A stretch of 63,106 nt of DNA, the filler included, from Reticulomyxa filosa (taxonomy: Eukaryota > Protista > Foraminifera): the NCBI GenBank assembly GCA_000512085.1. It is 21 parts of 21 records of this genome, joined end to end, with 100 filler letters (N's around TTAATTAATTAA, not from the genome) between each part and the next. Parts side by side here need not be neighbours in the genome. Positions count along the whole stretch, not along the records: positions 10,782 to 15,634 come from ASPP01000732.1; positions 15,735 to 17,110 come from ASPP01006998.1; positions 17,211 to 18,324 come from ASPP01037440.1; positions 18,425 to 21,623 come from ASPP01009456.1; positions 21,724 to 23,775 come from ASPP01018071.1; positions 23,876 to 27,544 come from ASPP01025867.1; 15 more parts are not named here. One strand, written 5' to 3'. The translations under genes and the position numbers were made by a program. Shown here in pieces: positions 12,715-25,029 of the stretch. The stretch's first letter is position 1; each line of letters opens with the position of its first letter. Under the pieces are notes generated by a model. It saw nothing but the letters and a program-made list of their open reading frames with translations. It was not told where the DNA came from and ran no database searches.

Positions 12715-12890
12715 GCGGAGGTATTTCGTATACATTTAATAACATATTTTTCCAGTATCGACCAATCTGCAAGTAAGCATGAAGATTATTGCACCGTTGT
12801 GCGAAAAGATGATCCGGAGGTATAGTGTATTATCCTTCACTTATGGGCAAACTGGAACTGGCAAATCTTTTTCAATCTATAGCAATCCGG
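12715..12890 (+). pseudogene. Kinesin motor-domain N-terminal fragment
   Basis: YTFNNIF..(frameshift)..IIAPLCEKMIRRYSVLSFTYGQTGTGKSFS matches kinesin FD.VF...PLV...GYN..FAYGQTGSGKT. Similarity stops just after the P-loop. Confidence 0.7.
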
Positions 12891-12959
12891 AAATTTATGA
12901 AGCCAGTACAACGCTATTCTTCCATTCGCTACACATATATATTGTCCAACACAAATTGT

Positions 12960-13627
12960 CAGTATTCCTAAATTTAATTTTGACATTCGCATATGCATGG
13001 AATCAATTGTGGGCAAACCACTCATCGATTTGAAATTGCGACAGCCAATTAAACAAGTAGACTTTGGATTGCGCACCATTCAACGATATTCAAGCAAGTC
13101 CTTTAAGTATCAATTGTTGGTCCCTTTCGTATTCTGCAGTTTATTCATCAAGGTCACAAATAATTGAATGTACAAACAACAAAGAGATAAATGAGGCATT
13201 GGCCCATTATAACTCACAAACAACCGCCACAAATGCCATCAGGACAACAGACTCAATACTGACTCACACGAACCTAGCTAAAGACGTTACTTCTCACGCT
13301 GTCCATGTGTTCTTAGAAAATATCACTCCTCGTTCAAAGGCTGTTGTCACAGCGCTATTGGCAAACCAATCATCTGCATACCTACACGCCTCGCCAAACA
13401 AGTTTTCACGGACGATGTTCGATAACAGTGAATTCCAGACAATCCTCCATCTTTGCTTCTCGATGGCGCTATCAGCAGATTGCATCTGTCATGGGGGCGG
13501 GACATGCGAAGAAGCAATGGATAACTTCGGCGACCACATATTGACATGTGTGCATGTCAATGGAATAAAGAAATTTATCAATGAACACAGTTCAACTTTC
13601 TTTGAATTGTATCATTCTATTCAATGA
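12960..13627 (+). mobile_element. Decayed CRE-clade-like non-LTR retrotransposon (RT thumb to zinc knuckle)
   Basis: DIRICMESIVGKPL..LRQPIKQVDFGLR resembles the QA.LP.R.GGLGLR thumb. SSAYLHASP..FDNSEFQTILHL..C....C...MDNFGDHILTC resembles WL.A.P..L.N.EF..LRLRLG..C.CG..D..G.H..SC. Frameshifted. Confidence 0.65.
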
Positions 13628-14559
13628 AAATCGAAAGGTAAACACATAACTTGAAAATGTTTATTTGTAGTCCTAATTTTGAATCACAAGTTAACGCGTT
13701 TACTAGTTGAACACGCTATTTTCGTTTGATATAATTCTGCTCCATATACAGTATCAAGATATCCTTTTAAAATTGTAATTTGTTTTCTGTGACATTACAT
13801 TTTTCTCATTGATAAAACCAGCTGTTTTTACTGTAAACTTTGAATTTTGCTTGTTTTGGTCACACTCCAAGATCATCGTTAAAGAACATTGAGCAAAAAA
13901 AAAAAGTTTTTAATTATAGTTCAATTCCAACAGTATTATCATGTTAAAATTTCAAGGTTGTTATGAACACAGAACAACAAACGATAAAAAGGAATTATGT
14001 ATTGAAGAGTTCTTTCTAAAGAAAAGTTGAAGTTGGCTCTGTAAGAAAACATAACTTGGTTTTTGAATTTCTTTGATTGACTGCTGTTTGCTTTTGGTGG
14101 ACTCGGTTTTGCAGTTTTTTTATAAAAACTTATATTGTCTTTCCTTTTATTTTTTGCTTTGTTTGAAACTAAACTGAATTGAAATTTAAAAAAACCATGA
14201 AAGTGAACCAAATATCGAATTTATCTTTTATTTTAAAAAACAGATTGATAGGGATAATACCCAAGACCCACTCTATAGTGAACTTTGAGCTTATCGCTCG
14301 TAGTAGAGCCATTGTTTACATTTTCCCAAATTGCGCTTTCTATATTACCATTCTCTCAAAAACGATGAGACACTTCCTGATAAAAAATTATTTAACATTT
14401 CCGCATATTTTCATTGTTTTTTAAAAATTTTGACAAGTTATATTGTAATCAATCTAGATGAGACCTTCATTCACATCTATGCGGATTGCTAGAGTTTTCC
14501 TCAATATTTATTTCAGATAATACATTTAACTTATGGAAATTTGACTAGGCCTTTTCAGT

Positions 14560-14720
14560 TCAATTATTAGATATGGATTTGAAGTGTTTGATGGATGTAA
14601 TAAATGACAATAATGAAAATGTAGGATGACATACTCAAGTGTTTAAAGTATAGGCTCGAGAATGACGACTACAATGTGAGAAAATTAATGGAATTTGGTG
14701 AACAACAAATGAAATACTCA
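14560..14720 (+). pseudogene. Possible HEAT-repeat protein remnant
   Basis: QLLDMDLKCLMDVINDNNENV and KCLKYRLENDDYNVRK resemble the L...L.D.D..VR HEAT motif. Interrupted by stops. Confidence 0.3.
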
Positions 14721-14975
14721 AAGAAGAAAATATATTACTAAAATAAATTTAGGAAAGAGTAGATGAAAAATTTCACTCCAATTTTTGCATTGTTAAAGTT
14801 AGTTTGAATAAGACAACTTGATTATAAAAATCTTTAACTGTTAACTTTATTCAAAAAAAATTTTGGCATTATTGTCAAATTTTTTCTTTTTTCAAAATAA
14901 CAACCTTCTTAATGACCAACTACGTAAATTAAATACAAAAAAAAGGGTTTTCTTTTGCGGTCAACTTTCATCATC

Positions 14976-15634
14976 ATGCTTGCACAACTTCAACATACGT
15001 TCCCCGAGATTAATGAAGAGATCATTTCAGATGTGTTGGAATGGTTTAAGCAAGATGTTGAAAAAGCAAAGGATATCTTAACATGGCTGGCAGAGAACAC
15101 GTAACAATACATTTCATGTAATTTTTTTTTTGCTAACAAAAGCATTTCATTGCTTTGTATATTTAATATAGCACAAATTTACAACAACAACATTATTTGT
15201 TGAGTTTATCCAAACATTTTGGCGATAAGCTCGAAAAAAAGACAATATCACAGATATGGAAATATTATAATCAAATTTATGTTGATACACGAGAGAAATT
15301 AAAAGAGATTTGTGCAACTTCCAACTTAAATGAGTTAAATATAAATAAAATATACAACAAATTTGATAAATATAAAATATAATTATTACAGGTTGAAAGA
15401 AGAAAATGAATTTAAAATGTTGAGGGAAATGTGTTTGCATATTTTATGGAATATTTTGAAACATCCTAAACATATCAAATATCGTCAAATTAACAAACAA
15501 GCTTTATACAACTATTTATTTCAGAAATATCATACATTAAGTGCAAATTTTATACAAGTATTAGTAGATATGGAAATGTGGTTGCAATACTTTGGATTCA
15601 AAAAAGAAAATGATGATAATTGGTATTATCAATA
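14976..15634 (+). CDS. CUE-domain plus PUB-like-domain protein, 3' truncated (exons 14976-15100, 15172-15333, 15392-15634)
   Basis: MLAQLQHTFPEINEEIISDVLEWFKQDVEKAKDIL (CUE FP motif) and ILWNILKHPKHIKYRQIN...LQYFGFK (PUB NI...P...KYR.I...LGF). Two GT-AG introns of 71 and 58 nt keep the frame. Confidence 0.7.
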
Positions 15635-16117
15635 NNNNNNNNNNNNNNNNNNNNNNNNNNNNNNNNNNNNNNNNNNNNTTAATTAATTAANNNNNNNNNN
15701 NNNNNNNNNNNNNNNNNNNNNNNNNNNNNNNNNNATTTCAACGTTTCAAATTTGGATATTGATTCAACAACAACAAATATAAATAAATATATACGTCAAA
15801 AAAAAAAAAAAAAAAAAAACAAGTATACGTAGCAAATACCAAAAGGTAGAATGCCTTGCGCGGAGTGATCGGCGTCACAAAGGTTTGCCCGCCCAATTTC
15901 TTGTGTTTCATTGACAACGATATCATAATCATCAGCAAAGACGAAGCCGTCGTCATCATTTTTTAGGGAATGGTACTGATTGTGGTATGTGAGTGAAGGT
16001 AGCGTTAACGTTTGGTGTTTGGGTTCATACGTTTCGCATTTGACCTTTTCATTGGGCTTCTGACCATCGACAAGGCCGACATGGGCACACTCATGGACGC
16101 GCAATACGTGTCATCGG

Positions 16118-16711
16118 CTACGGCAGTAACTCGGAAGCCTTCCTCATCTTTGCAGTCCTATCAACAGTGATCGGCGGCACAACACCCGACGCAATGTGTC
16201 CGTCACTTGTCGCAAATGGAGTTAATCGCAGCGGCTTGAGTGTGTCCGCACTAATCGGCGTCGGCGACGACGGAGTGCTTTCGAGCTCACCGCCATGCAC
16301 AAATTGTGAGCATTCTTTGGATCTGGAACATCGCAACAAAGGCATCGTCATCGTGGCGGTAGTCGCGGTCGTGGCTGTAGTCGTCGTCGTCGTCGTCGTC
16401 GTCGCTGTGGTAGTCATCATAGTCATCCTCGGAACAGGGCCATTGCCAGGAGAAAGATATCCCTCGCAAAAGGACCGATCATTGTTATGGTATCGCGACA
16501 AGGCTGTCTTTAGCATTAACTCTTTCGCTTCGATCGAGGTGTCGATAAGTGGGAGTTGATTGTCCGTATCTCTTCCAATGCTGTCGCTCGATTTCAGCGC
16601 CCTTGTCACCGAGTTCGCATTAGACGACGCCAAACTTACCGAGTCCAACCATGTTTGGGATACTGGCGATAAAGATGCGGGCTCGTTTGGCTCTATTGGT
16701 TCATTGTTATA

Positions 16712-16768
<57 letters not shown>

Positions 16769-17083
16769 GTTGCAACGGATGTAATTATTTTCAAGTAGTA
16801 ATCCCGAAAAATAGAAATTCAAGCCGTGTGAATCTTTTTTATTCTGCAAGTCGGTCGTACGAGAAGACGTATCGTCGTACGTCGGTGCCACCGTTGCCAA
16901 TGTGCAAGACTTGTTACGGCTGTGCGCACCGCTTCCCCACGCATCGACCTTGTTGCTTGATAACTGATCACTGTTTGTACAAAGCGACCACAGCTCACCT
17001 GCTGATCTGGACGCGAGTGATTCATTCGGGTTGATTACTTGCGATCTATTGAGGCTATTCTGCCAATTTGATATTGTCTCCAA
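16118..17083 (-). CDS. Low-complexity Ser/Thr/Asn-rich protein fragment of unknown function
   Basis: 321-aa ORF with coding-like GC content and poly-N and poly-T tracts. The 3' frame is unclear. Confidence 0.5.
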
Positions 17084-17312
17084 CGAGGAAGAACCTAGTT
17101 TTTTTTTTTTNNNNNNNNNNNNNNNNNNNNNNNNNNNNNNNNNNNNNNNNNNNNTTAATTAATTAANNNNNNNNNNNNNNNNNNNNNNNNNNNNNNNNNN
17201 NNNNNNNNNNAAAAAAAAAATTGAGATTGAAAAGATATGGTTTTTATATATACATATATGTATATGTATATGTATATATATAAACACTATGAAAAAAAAA
17301 TGCAATGAACAG

Positions 17313-18293
17313 TATTGCTGAAACGCAATATGATAAATTACAAAAGAGAACCGTTGGGATATTTAATGCGCTTGGCAGCATTCACTCTGCTCAGCATCGT
17401 CGTTGGGTTCTTTTATTTTCAAATTGGTAATTCCAAGTCCTACATACGAGATCGCATCAGCCAGGCCTCGTTCATCGTCGGGTTTTACTCGTTCATGATG
17501 GTCGCCGCCATACCTGGTGCCTTGCAAGACCGTGCTGTGTTCATTCGCGAGCGCATGAACCGACACTACAGCACTTTTCCCTATGCCTTGGCCAGCTTCT
17601 TGACTGCCTTACCGTGGATTTTTGCTATGGCGTTTTCAAGTAGCATCATTGCTTTTTCGCTTATTCTTTCTCGACCAAGGTTTGTTTTTTTTTTATTATT
17701 ACTATTTTGTTAATTCATTTGCTATGTGTCTTGTCTTGTACAATACAATATCCCAATGTTTGTCAATGTTTCTGAACTACCTTCCTTCTCCAGCGCATAT
17801 TACTTCTTTGTTTATTTGGCTGTGGTGTTCTTTTGGATTATTGCTTGGAGACTCAGTGGTGGTTGCCATTGCAGCATTCTACAACAACTTCATTGTTGAC
17901 TTGGCATTAGGCACTGGCATTCAAGCACTGATGCTGATTTTATGTGGGTTTTTCTTGCTCAAATCCAACATCTCTATCTATTGGATGTGGGGACACTATG
18001 GGTTAAGCTACTTCAGTTATACGTTTCCTGTTTTAATGAAGTTGGAATTTGATGGCTATAACACCACGCACCAGCATGGCGCTAATGGCATTGTTGGGTC
18101 TGAGGTCCTGAAAACATATGGCTTTCAACATGTTAACATTGGCCATAACTTTGGAATTTTGTTTGTGTTCTTGTTTGTTTTTCGAAGGAAGTCAATATAT
18201 TGCGTTGCGATGGTTTTGCAAAACTTTGGCATAAGGGTGTTTATGCAAGGTACCTTTTTTTCCCTCCCTTTTGTCCAGGATAGTTGTAAATAA
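17313..18293 (+). CDS. ABCG (White/WBC-type) transporter, transmembrane domain (partial)
   Basis: LLKRNMINYKREP..IVVGFFYFQIG..DRAVFIRERMNRHYS..YALASFLTALPW, LILCGFFL...ISIYWMWGHYGLSYFSY and LMKLEF form the ABC2_membrane signature. An intron starts near 17680. Confidence 0.9.
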
Positions 18294-18608
18294 TACATTT
18301 CAAATGTTTATTTTTCATTTTTTTNNNNNNNNNNNNNNNNNNNNNNNNNNNNNNNNNNNNNNNNNNNNTTAATTAATTAANNNNNNNNNNNNNNNNNNNN
18401 NNNNNNNNNNNNNNNNNNNNNNNNTATATATATATATATGTACATATATGTGGTATATAATATGTATACGTAATATATAAATATTACGTATACGTATTGA
18501 TATGTTTCCAAAAAAAAAAATTGTTGGTTATGTGCACGTGTTGTATGCGATGTATGAATGCATTTAATTGCTTTTTGAAAACTTTTTTTTCCAATGATTG
18601 ATACCTAG

Positions 18609-19649
18609 CCTGCAGTGACGAGCAACAATTATGTATGCTTTGATCGTGGGACGGTGATGGCGTGGGAGCCGGTGACACGAATGCTAAAGCAATCTCCCGA
18701 AGACGTGTTGTCTTTGTATCGTAAGAAATATTGTCATAGTTTCGATTCCACGTTGCCAGTGATCAAAGGCAAGCAAACGTCTTTGACATCAACAGTGTGG
18801 AATTGGATCTCGTGGATGGGTGCCCATTCTTTGCTGTCGTTCCATACCCATTGTGCATACGAGTTGCATTTTAGCGAGCGCGAAATTGAACGCTTGAAAA
18901 ACAATTTAACCTTTTTAAATCCTTATATGATTGGCATTGAAAACGGTGACTCCATCACCACTTATGAAGCCATCGTTTGCCATATCACTCCTTTGATCTG
19001 GAAACTGCACGGATATAATCGCAAGGGCATTTCGACTCAAATTACTACGATGGCAAGCTTTCGAAATCATTGCAGCTTCACCAAAAATATTGGTTACTTT
19101 GGAAACGTACTGGCTCCTATTTCCACGCCTGTTTATACCACAGTTTGGTTTGGCTGTCTTCCATTCGCTCACTCCAAACTTTGGAGAGGGGTGATGTTTT
19201 TTACCATTATGTGTATATGCTTTTTTTTTTTCCGCTTCTTCAAGGACTCCAGCCAAATGTTGGCTTCCAAATTACGTGTAACGATGAATGATTATCGTCA
19301 GCAAAGTAACAAGGCAATACAAAACGTGGATGAATACTGGTCGATGGTGTATGCTCTAGAGCACCATTGGCGTGGTCGGGTTTTACCTTATAACCACCAC
19401 CATTATAATAACTATTTGACACTCGTTAGCAACGAGTGGTTGAGCAATGGCATTTATGATATTACCTTCGGTTGCAGTTTTCCTGCCATTAAATTTGTTC
19501 ATAGAAAAGATTTTAACAAATTTCTGGTCATGCCTTCGTCGCCATGCGGCCCGAACAGTGGAGGGGTTGACGTCTTTTTATACTATCCACAATATATCAT
19601 CAGCACTTTACAAACTGATACATATCAAAAATTACTGCATAGTTTGTAA
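18609..19649 (+). CDS. BAHD/transferase-family (CoA-dependent) acyltransferase, C-terminal half
   Basis: ITTYEAIVCH (ST.EAL.AH), SFRNH...GYFGNV, WLSNGIYDITFG..P (DFGWG-like) and MP...GGVDV. Probable in-frame 102-nt intron at 19143-19244. Confidence 0.75.
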   Translation, partial: PAVTSNNYVCFDRGTVMAWEPVTRMLKQSPEDVLSLYRKKYCHSFDSTLPVIKGKQTSLTSTVWNWISWMGAHSLLSFHTHCAYELHFSEREIERLKNNLTFLNPYMIGIENGDSITTYEAIVCHITPLIWKLHGYNRKGISTQITTMASFRNHCSFTKNIGYFGNVLAPISTPVYTTVWFGCLPFAHSKLWRGVMFFTIMCICFFFFRFFKDSSQMLASKLRVTMNDYRQQSNKAIQNVDEYWSMVYALEHHWRGRVLPYNHHHYNNYLTLVSNEWLSNGIYDITFGCSFPAIKFVHRKDFNKFLVMPSSPCGPNSGGVDVFLYYPQYIISTLQTDTYQKLLHSL

Positions 19650-20519
19650 TTCTTCAATAAGGTCATTACTATCTCTCTTTTTTGTTTGGCCACTTCATCA
19701 TAAAAAATACAAGTTGCATCTTGCCATTTTTCCATTTTTCGAAATACTCATGAACAATTCTATTGCAAAGTTGCATTGGCAAAATCGTATTCTGCTGGTG
19801 TAAAAGTAAGTAAGAATTGTTGTCACCATTTAATACAAGCAATTAATAAATTATAATTGTCAAGTTTTGAACATTTTTAGGAAATTAGAGTTCTTCAGTT
19901 ATTAAACTTAAAGCATTTTGTTTTAGTTTTTCGTATTCAATTTTACAGCTTTTTTGAAAAAATGCATTTTTATGAAGAAAATTGAATGTTTTTTGATAAT
20001 TTTTTTGTTGTAGATTTTATGACCCATGAATTTACAAATTATAACTAAATTGCTTTTAGATAACGAAGTTTTCAATGAAAAATCAATTTTGAAAATTTGT
20101 TACAACGCTCATAAAGTGCACACCAAAAAAGGAGTTAGTTGAACAGAAAAGGGAATTTTGGAGTAAGGAACTCCATTTTGTGCGGGTCGTAATGCATAGT
20201 TCCTTTACAACGCATTTTCATTTAGAAAAAAACTTTTTTCATCACATTTGTGAAGTGTGGCAAAAAAAATGCTTCAATTTTTATCAAAGAATTTTCAAAT
20301 ATTTGACAAGACAACGAACAAATTTGAAGAATGCGAAGGAAAAAAAAACACAAATATATTCAAATATTTGTGACAAATTGACCAGCCCAAAATGTAAAGC
20401 TTTTTACAATTGTTTTAAAAAAAAAAAACCGTGAAAAAAAAACCCCAAAACAATGACAAAAAAAGAAAGACAGAAAAGAAGGAAAAACAACAGAATTCAA
20501 CGAGTTTTCTTCCTTCTGT

Positions 20520-21623
20520 TTAGTAAGCTCCATGATTGCCAGTGGATGTTTTTTGATGCAATGGTGGCAAATCACGTGATGGAGGTTTTCGAAAAGACTC
20601 ATTTCCATTGGACATTCTAGTTTGCTCTCGTTGGTTATAATCTTGGTTCTCGTTTTGATTATCCGTTAATGGTTGCGTTTTGCCACGGGGAGGAGGTTGC
20701 TTTGCGAGTCATTGAGTTGTTTTTATGGGTTCACAACCACAAAAACACAAGTTAAATATGTCATTGTAAAAGAAAGATGTCATAACATATATATACATTA
20801 CATATATTTGTAAGTTGAGTTATCGTTACGTCCAAAGAAATAAATAACAAAAAAAAAAAAAATTGATAATCCAAAAAACGGACTTTCTTTTTAGGTTTAT
20901 CAGGTATTGTCTTTCCATTCAAGGTTGGCAAAGGTTTTGAAGGTGGTACTGCACTGACACGTCTTGTATTTGGATAACTTTCAGTGTTGGAATAGGACGG
21001 AACTTCGTTGGTACTGTTGGCAGTCCCTCTGTTGTTTCCAGTCGATAGTTCCTTAGTACTTCCGCTCTCGAGGGCTTTTCTGTTTTGTTTGTGATAGATT
21101 CCATTTGTTTTCCCATTTTCGTTGTCATTTGCAGTATTGCCATAATCAAAGCTTTTGTATTTTTTTTGTTTTTGTTTTTATTTCGGTTGTCATCGTTATT
21201 TTCATTGTCATTTACAACCACATTCATGTTTTCATTCTGTTCGTAATAAGTGTTGCCATTATTATTTTCGGCATCCGAAGTGCGATTGGACTGATTGCTT
21301 TGTAGATTTTGTTGTTGAATAGTTTGTTCCGCTTTGGTCATGAAAGAGGCTACCTCTTCTGGATTATTCAAATGTGCCCAATATAAAAACTCTTGGCCAC
21401 TTTCTTTATATACCACTTGTACTTGTCCAGACGAACGGTCCATTCGTCGGATCTGTCCTGCCTTCCACCCTGGATGTCGCAACGTTGGATTTATGTCGAT
21501 GTAGTCGCGCACTTTCAGTCCTGGAAATCGAGTATTGGGTTCTAGTGGATTTAAAAAAACAAACAACAAAAAAACTACCATCTAGGTTGTGTCGATTGTA
21601 AACTTCATACCTTTTTACAAAAA
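20520..21623 (-). CDS. Multi-exon protein C-terminus with an SH3-fold-like (Tudor/Agenet/MBT-like) domain and a Pro/Asn-rich tail
   Basis: LKVRDYIDINP...GWKAGQIRRMD..GQVQVVY..YWAHL. The last exon ends ...KTSTGNHGAY* at 20520. Confidence 0.5.
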
Positions 21624-24600
21624 NNNNNNNNNNNNNNNNNNNNNNNNNNNNNNNNNNNNNNNNNNNNTTAATTAATTAANNNNNNNNNNNNNNNNNNNNN
21701 NNNNNNNNNNNNNNNNNNNNNNNTTCTACAAAAGTGGGTTTTTGGTGTATCTTTTGAAATCCCAACTCTATCGAGTAAAACTTTATTCGTGATACGAATA
21801 AATAATATAAGATAGCGTAAAATGACACAATATCCAAGATTAAGTTAAAACGGTTTTTGTATCTTTGCTCTGAACCTTACAAGTAACTGCAAATTTGAAG
21901 ATTATTTTTTTAGCAATGAAATTTCTGATGCTGTTAAGTTGTATAAATGTGCAGATGCTGTTTTTTATTCAAATAAAGTGAGTGAAAGTCTCAATGGGTT
22001 GAACTCACGTTTTTGTGTATGTGATGGCAAATATAATCAAAATATAGAAAGATTAGGATGAGTTGCTGCGATAATATTTCATTGACGGGGAATATGAAAG
22101 ATGTATTCATGGCATTTGATTAATATAAAAGACAGCGAATATGAACTGAAACTGACTAAAAAAAATTTGCTCAAGAGTCGGAAAAAAAGATGAAGCGTTT
22201 GACGGGCAATTATCTGGATATTTTACAGTAGCAATTCTTAAAGGTATGCATTTGTGAAAAGAGTGACGAAAATGCATCGGCAATAAACTCGTGAAATTTC
22301 AAGGAAAAACTAACTTTTCTTTTTTTCACTTTAATTTAAAAAAGAATTTCCTTGATAGAAAGAGTAATTATAATTTGATATGTTAGAAAATTTTTACCTG
22401 AATAATATCGAACAAATTTTGGAAAAATGTATTGCTGTTTTTATTTTATTCCCATGCGAAAGGGGCTGAAAATTGATATTGTGTGCATGAAACTAATAAA
22501 AAAATGTAGTCTTGTGCGTTTATGTATGAACCAATTAATTTAAAAAAAAAATTTTTAATATAATGAGTTCTTTGTGTATTTTCCGTTTTATTGTGCAATT
22601 TGGTAAAGAAATGTTTTTTTCAAAAACCACTTTACAAAAGCTAGACAAACCCGGTTCAAATATTTGTGCGTTCACATAACTTTGTTTTTTTAAAAAATCA
22701 ATTGACAAAAATGCAGTAACTGCTGACTCATATGTTTGTGTTTAGAACAGTGTAGTTCAACTAGATTGTTTGCTATTTGTTTGAAATTACCGCTGACCTA
22801 AAAAGGTTCCCACTGCCGTTGTTTGGTTTATTTCAATGATAATAATTTTCAAATTGGAAAATAAACATAAATTTGTACAACAAAGCAAGCATTTACATAT
22901 TATTACATTTATTGTACATGTTCCATAACTCTTGCAAAAAGTTTTCTAAATTGATGTAGAATTTCATAACATTATCTTTAATAAAAAATCGAAAAAGAAA
23001 AATTTAAATTGGATGGAGCTGCCAATTTAAAGTTTTTTTTTATTTTGTCTTTTTTGGCCTATTTTTTTGCTAAACAAGTTTTAAAAACATTTAAACTTGT
23101 GGACCTATAGAAGAACGCGTTCCATTATGTTGATATACAATTGTTGATTCAATTGCTTTATACTTTGCAGTGAACTTTATAAAAATATAAAACAATCAAA
23201 ATTATTGCATTGGCAACCTTTTATTCAAATCTAATGGAACAATGTGAAATGATTAAAGAATTTAGCACGCCGTTTGACAGCTACATAAAAACAAATTTAG
23301 TCTTCAAAATAGTTTATTGAGTCGTGTGGAGGTATTCAAAACCAAAATACTTGCTATTACAAGCACTGTAACTGGAGTGATTACAGTACCATTTGTCAGA
23401 AAGCAATAGTGCTACAACAGCAAGTTGCACTTATATGTAATGTTATTTTTTTCTTTGCCTTCTAGCAAACCTGAAAAAAGACAACTGTGTTTAAGTGCAT
23501 TACGACGTGTAATATCCATTGATTAAAATTTTAAATAAACTAAGTGCTGTTATCCTGTTCTTAAGTAACTTACGAAAAAATTATAAACTGAAGTAATCTT
23601 TTTATCTTGAACAGTTGCACTTGCCTAAAATGTAATATTCATTAGTAAGTGTAGTTTTTCATTCATTCTTTATTTTGTAATAAACATTATACACATTACC
23701 ATAATCATCAAAAATTCATTTAAAAAAAAGTTGGCCAAATTATAAGTTAATTCTTCCAAAAGGAAACCTTACCATNNNNNNNNNNNNNNNNNNNNNNNNN
23801 NNNNNNNNNNNNNNNNNNNTTAATTAATTAANNNNNNNNNNNNNNNNNNNNNNNNNNNNNNNNNNNNNNNNNNNNAAAATTGGGGGACAATTTTGTTTAA
23901 GAAAAATGAAAAAAAAGAATAATGAGAAAATAAAATAAAAAGAAAAAAAAGATCAAAAAAATGATATTATTGAAAAAAAAGAGGAAAAAGAAAAAAAAGA
24001 ATGAAAAAATAAGGGAAAAAAAGTAGGAAAAAGGAAAAAAAAAATGTGGATATGCGCATGAGCGCACTGTGTAAAGAATAAGATGTCGTTCTCGACAATG
24101 AGACGACATTGTCAATGTTTATTGTTAAGCGGTCAGCTTGACGACCGTGAAATATTTAATGTTTGGGACATGTGGACTTCAAGATTTGTGTTAATTGTAG
24201 TCGGGTCGATGAAATCCCATGCAACCAATGGCAATGTCAATATGTTTCTTATTTTGATTGTATGTGTGGACTTGGTTATTTGGCTTTCCTATACAACATC
24301 GTCAACACAAGAACCACCTAACCAGATGACGAAGCTTACTTTCAAAAATACTAACTTCATTTCAAAGTCGGAGATAAAATTCGTTTAATTGAAACCACCG
24401 ATGCAGCTGGCACTGATAAAATTATTGCATTTGGTTTTGTGTTTTCTGCCTGTAACAACAAACAAATAAATATTTATACTTGTTATTATTATTTATGATT
24501 AATTTGTTTTTTTTTTGGATGTAAATGCAAAAGATAGATGTATATGCGAAACCGGTTCTGCATAAAAAATGGCATCTATGCAAATTGAAAGCTTGCAAAG

Positions 24601-25029
24601 CAGGACGAACTTCAATGACCTAGTGTTAAAGATGGTTTAGTACGTACAAGAAAAACAATGATAAAGGTGCAATTGTATAACAATAATAAAAAGAAAGAGA
24701 AGAAATAATTGTGAGTGAATGAAAAAAACTTGGCTCCATTGTTTGACTGAGAATCCATCGGGTTCTGTCCACTGACTATTGACTCGAATACCTTTAATCA
24801 TAAATCATGTTCGAACAAACGTCACGATTGGAACAGTTTGTTTCTTTGGAAAAGCTGCCATTGTAATTGAGTTGGAAGAGTGGCAGACCTCTTCGAGTAA
24901 TTGAATTTAAAGAATTCCTGGCCATTCACATTGCCAAGACTGATCCGTATGCATTGTGTAGGTTTTGCTGCTTGTACTTGGGTCAGTACGACGGAGTCCA
25001 GTACCGCTTCCAGTTCATTCAAGCTTGCA

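Noticed and set aside
22140-22315. Possible decayed RRM (KG/YAFVK, DENASAIN)
   Set aside because: Needs several frameshifts; too weak to support.
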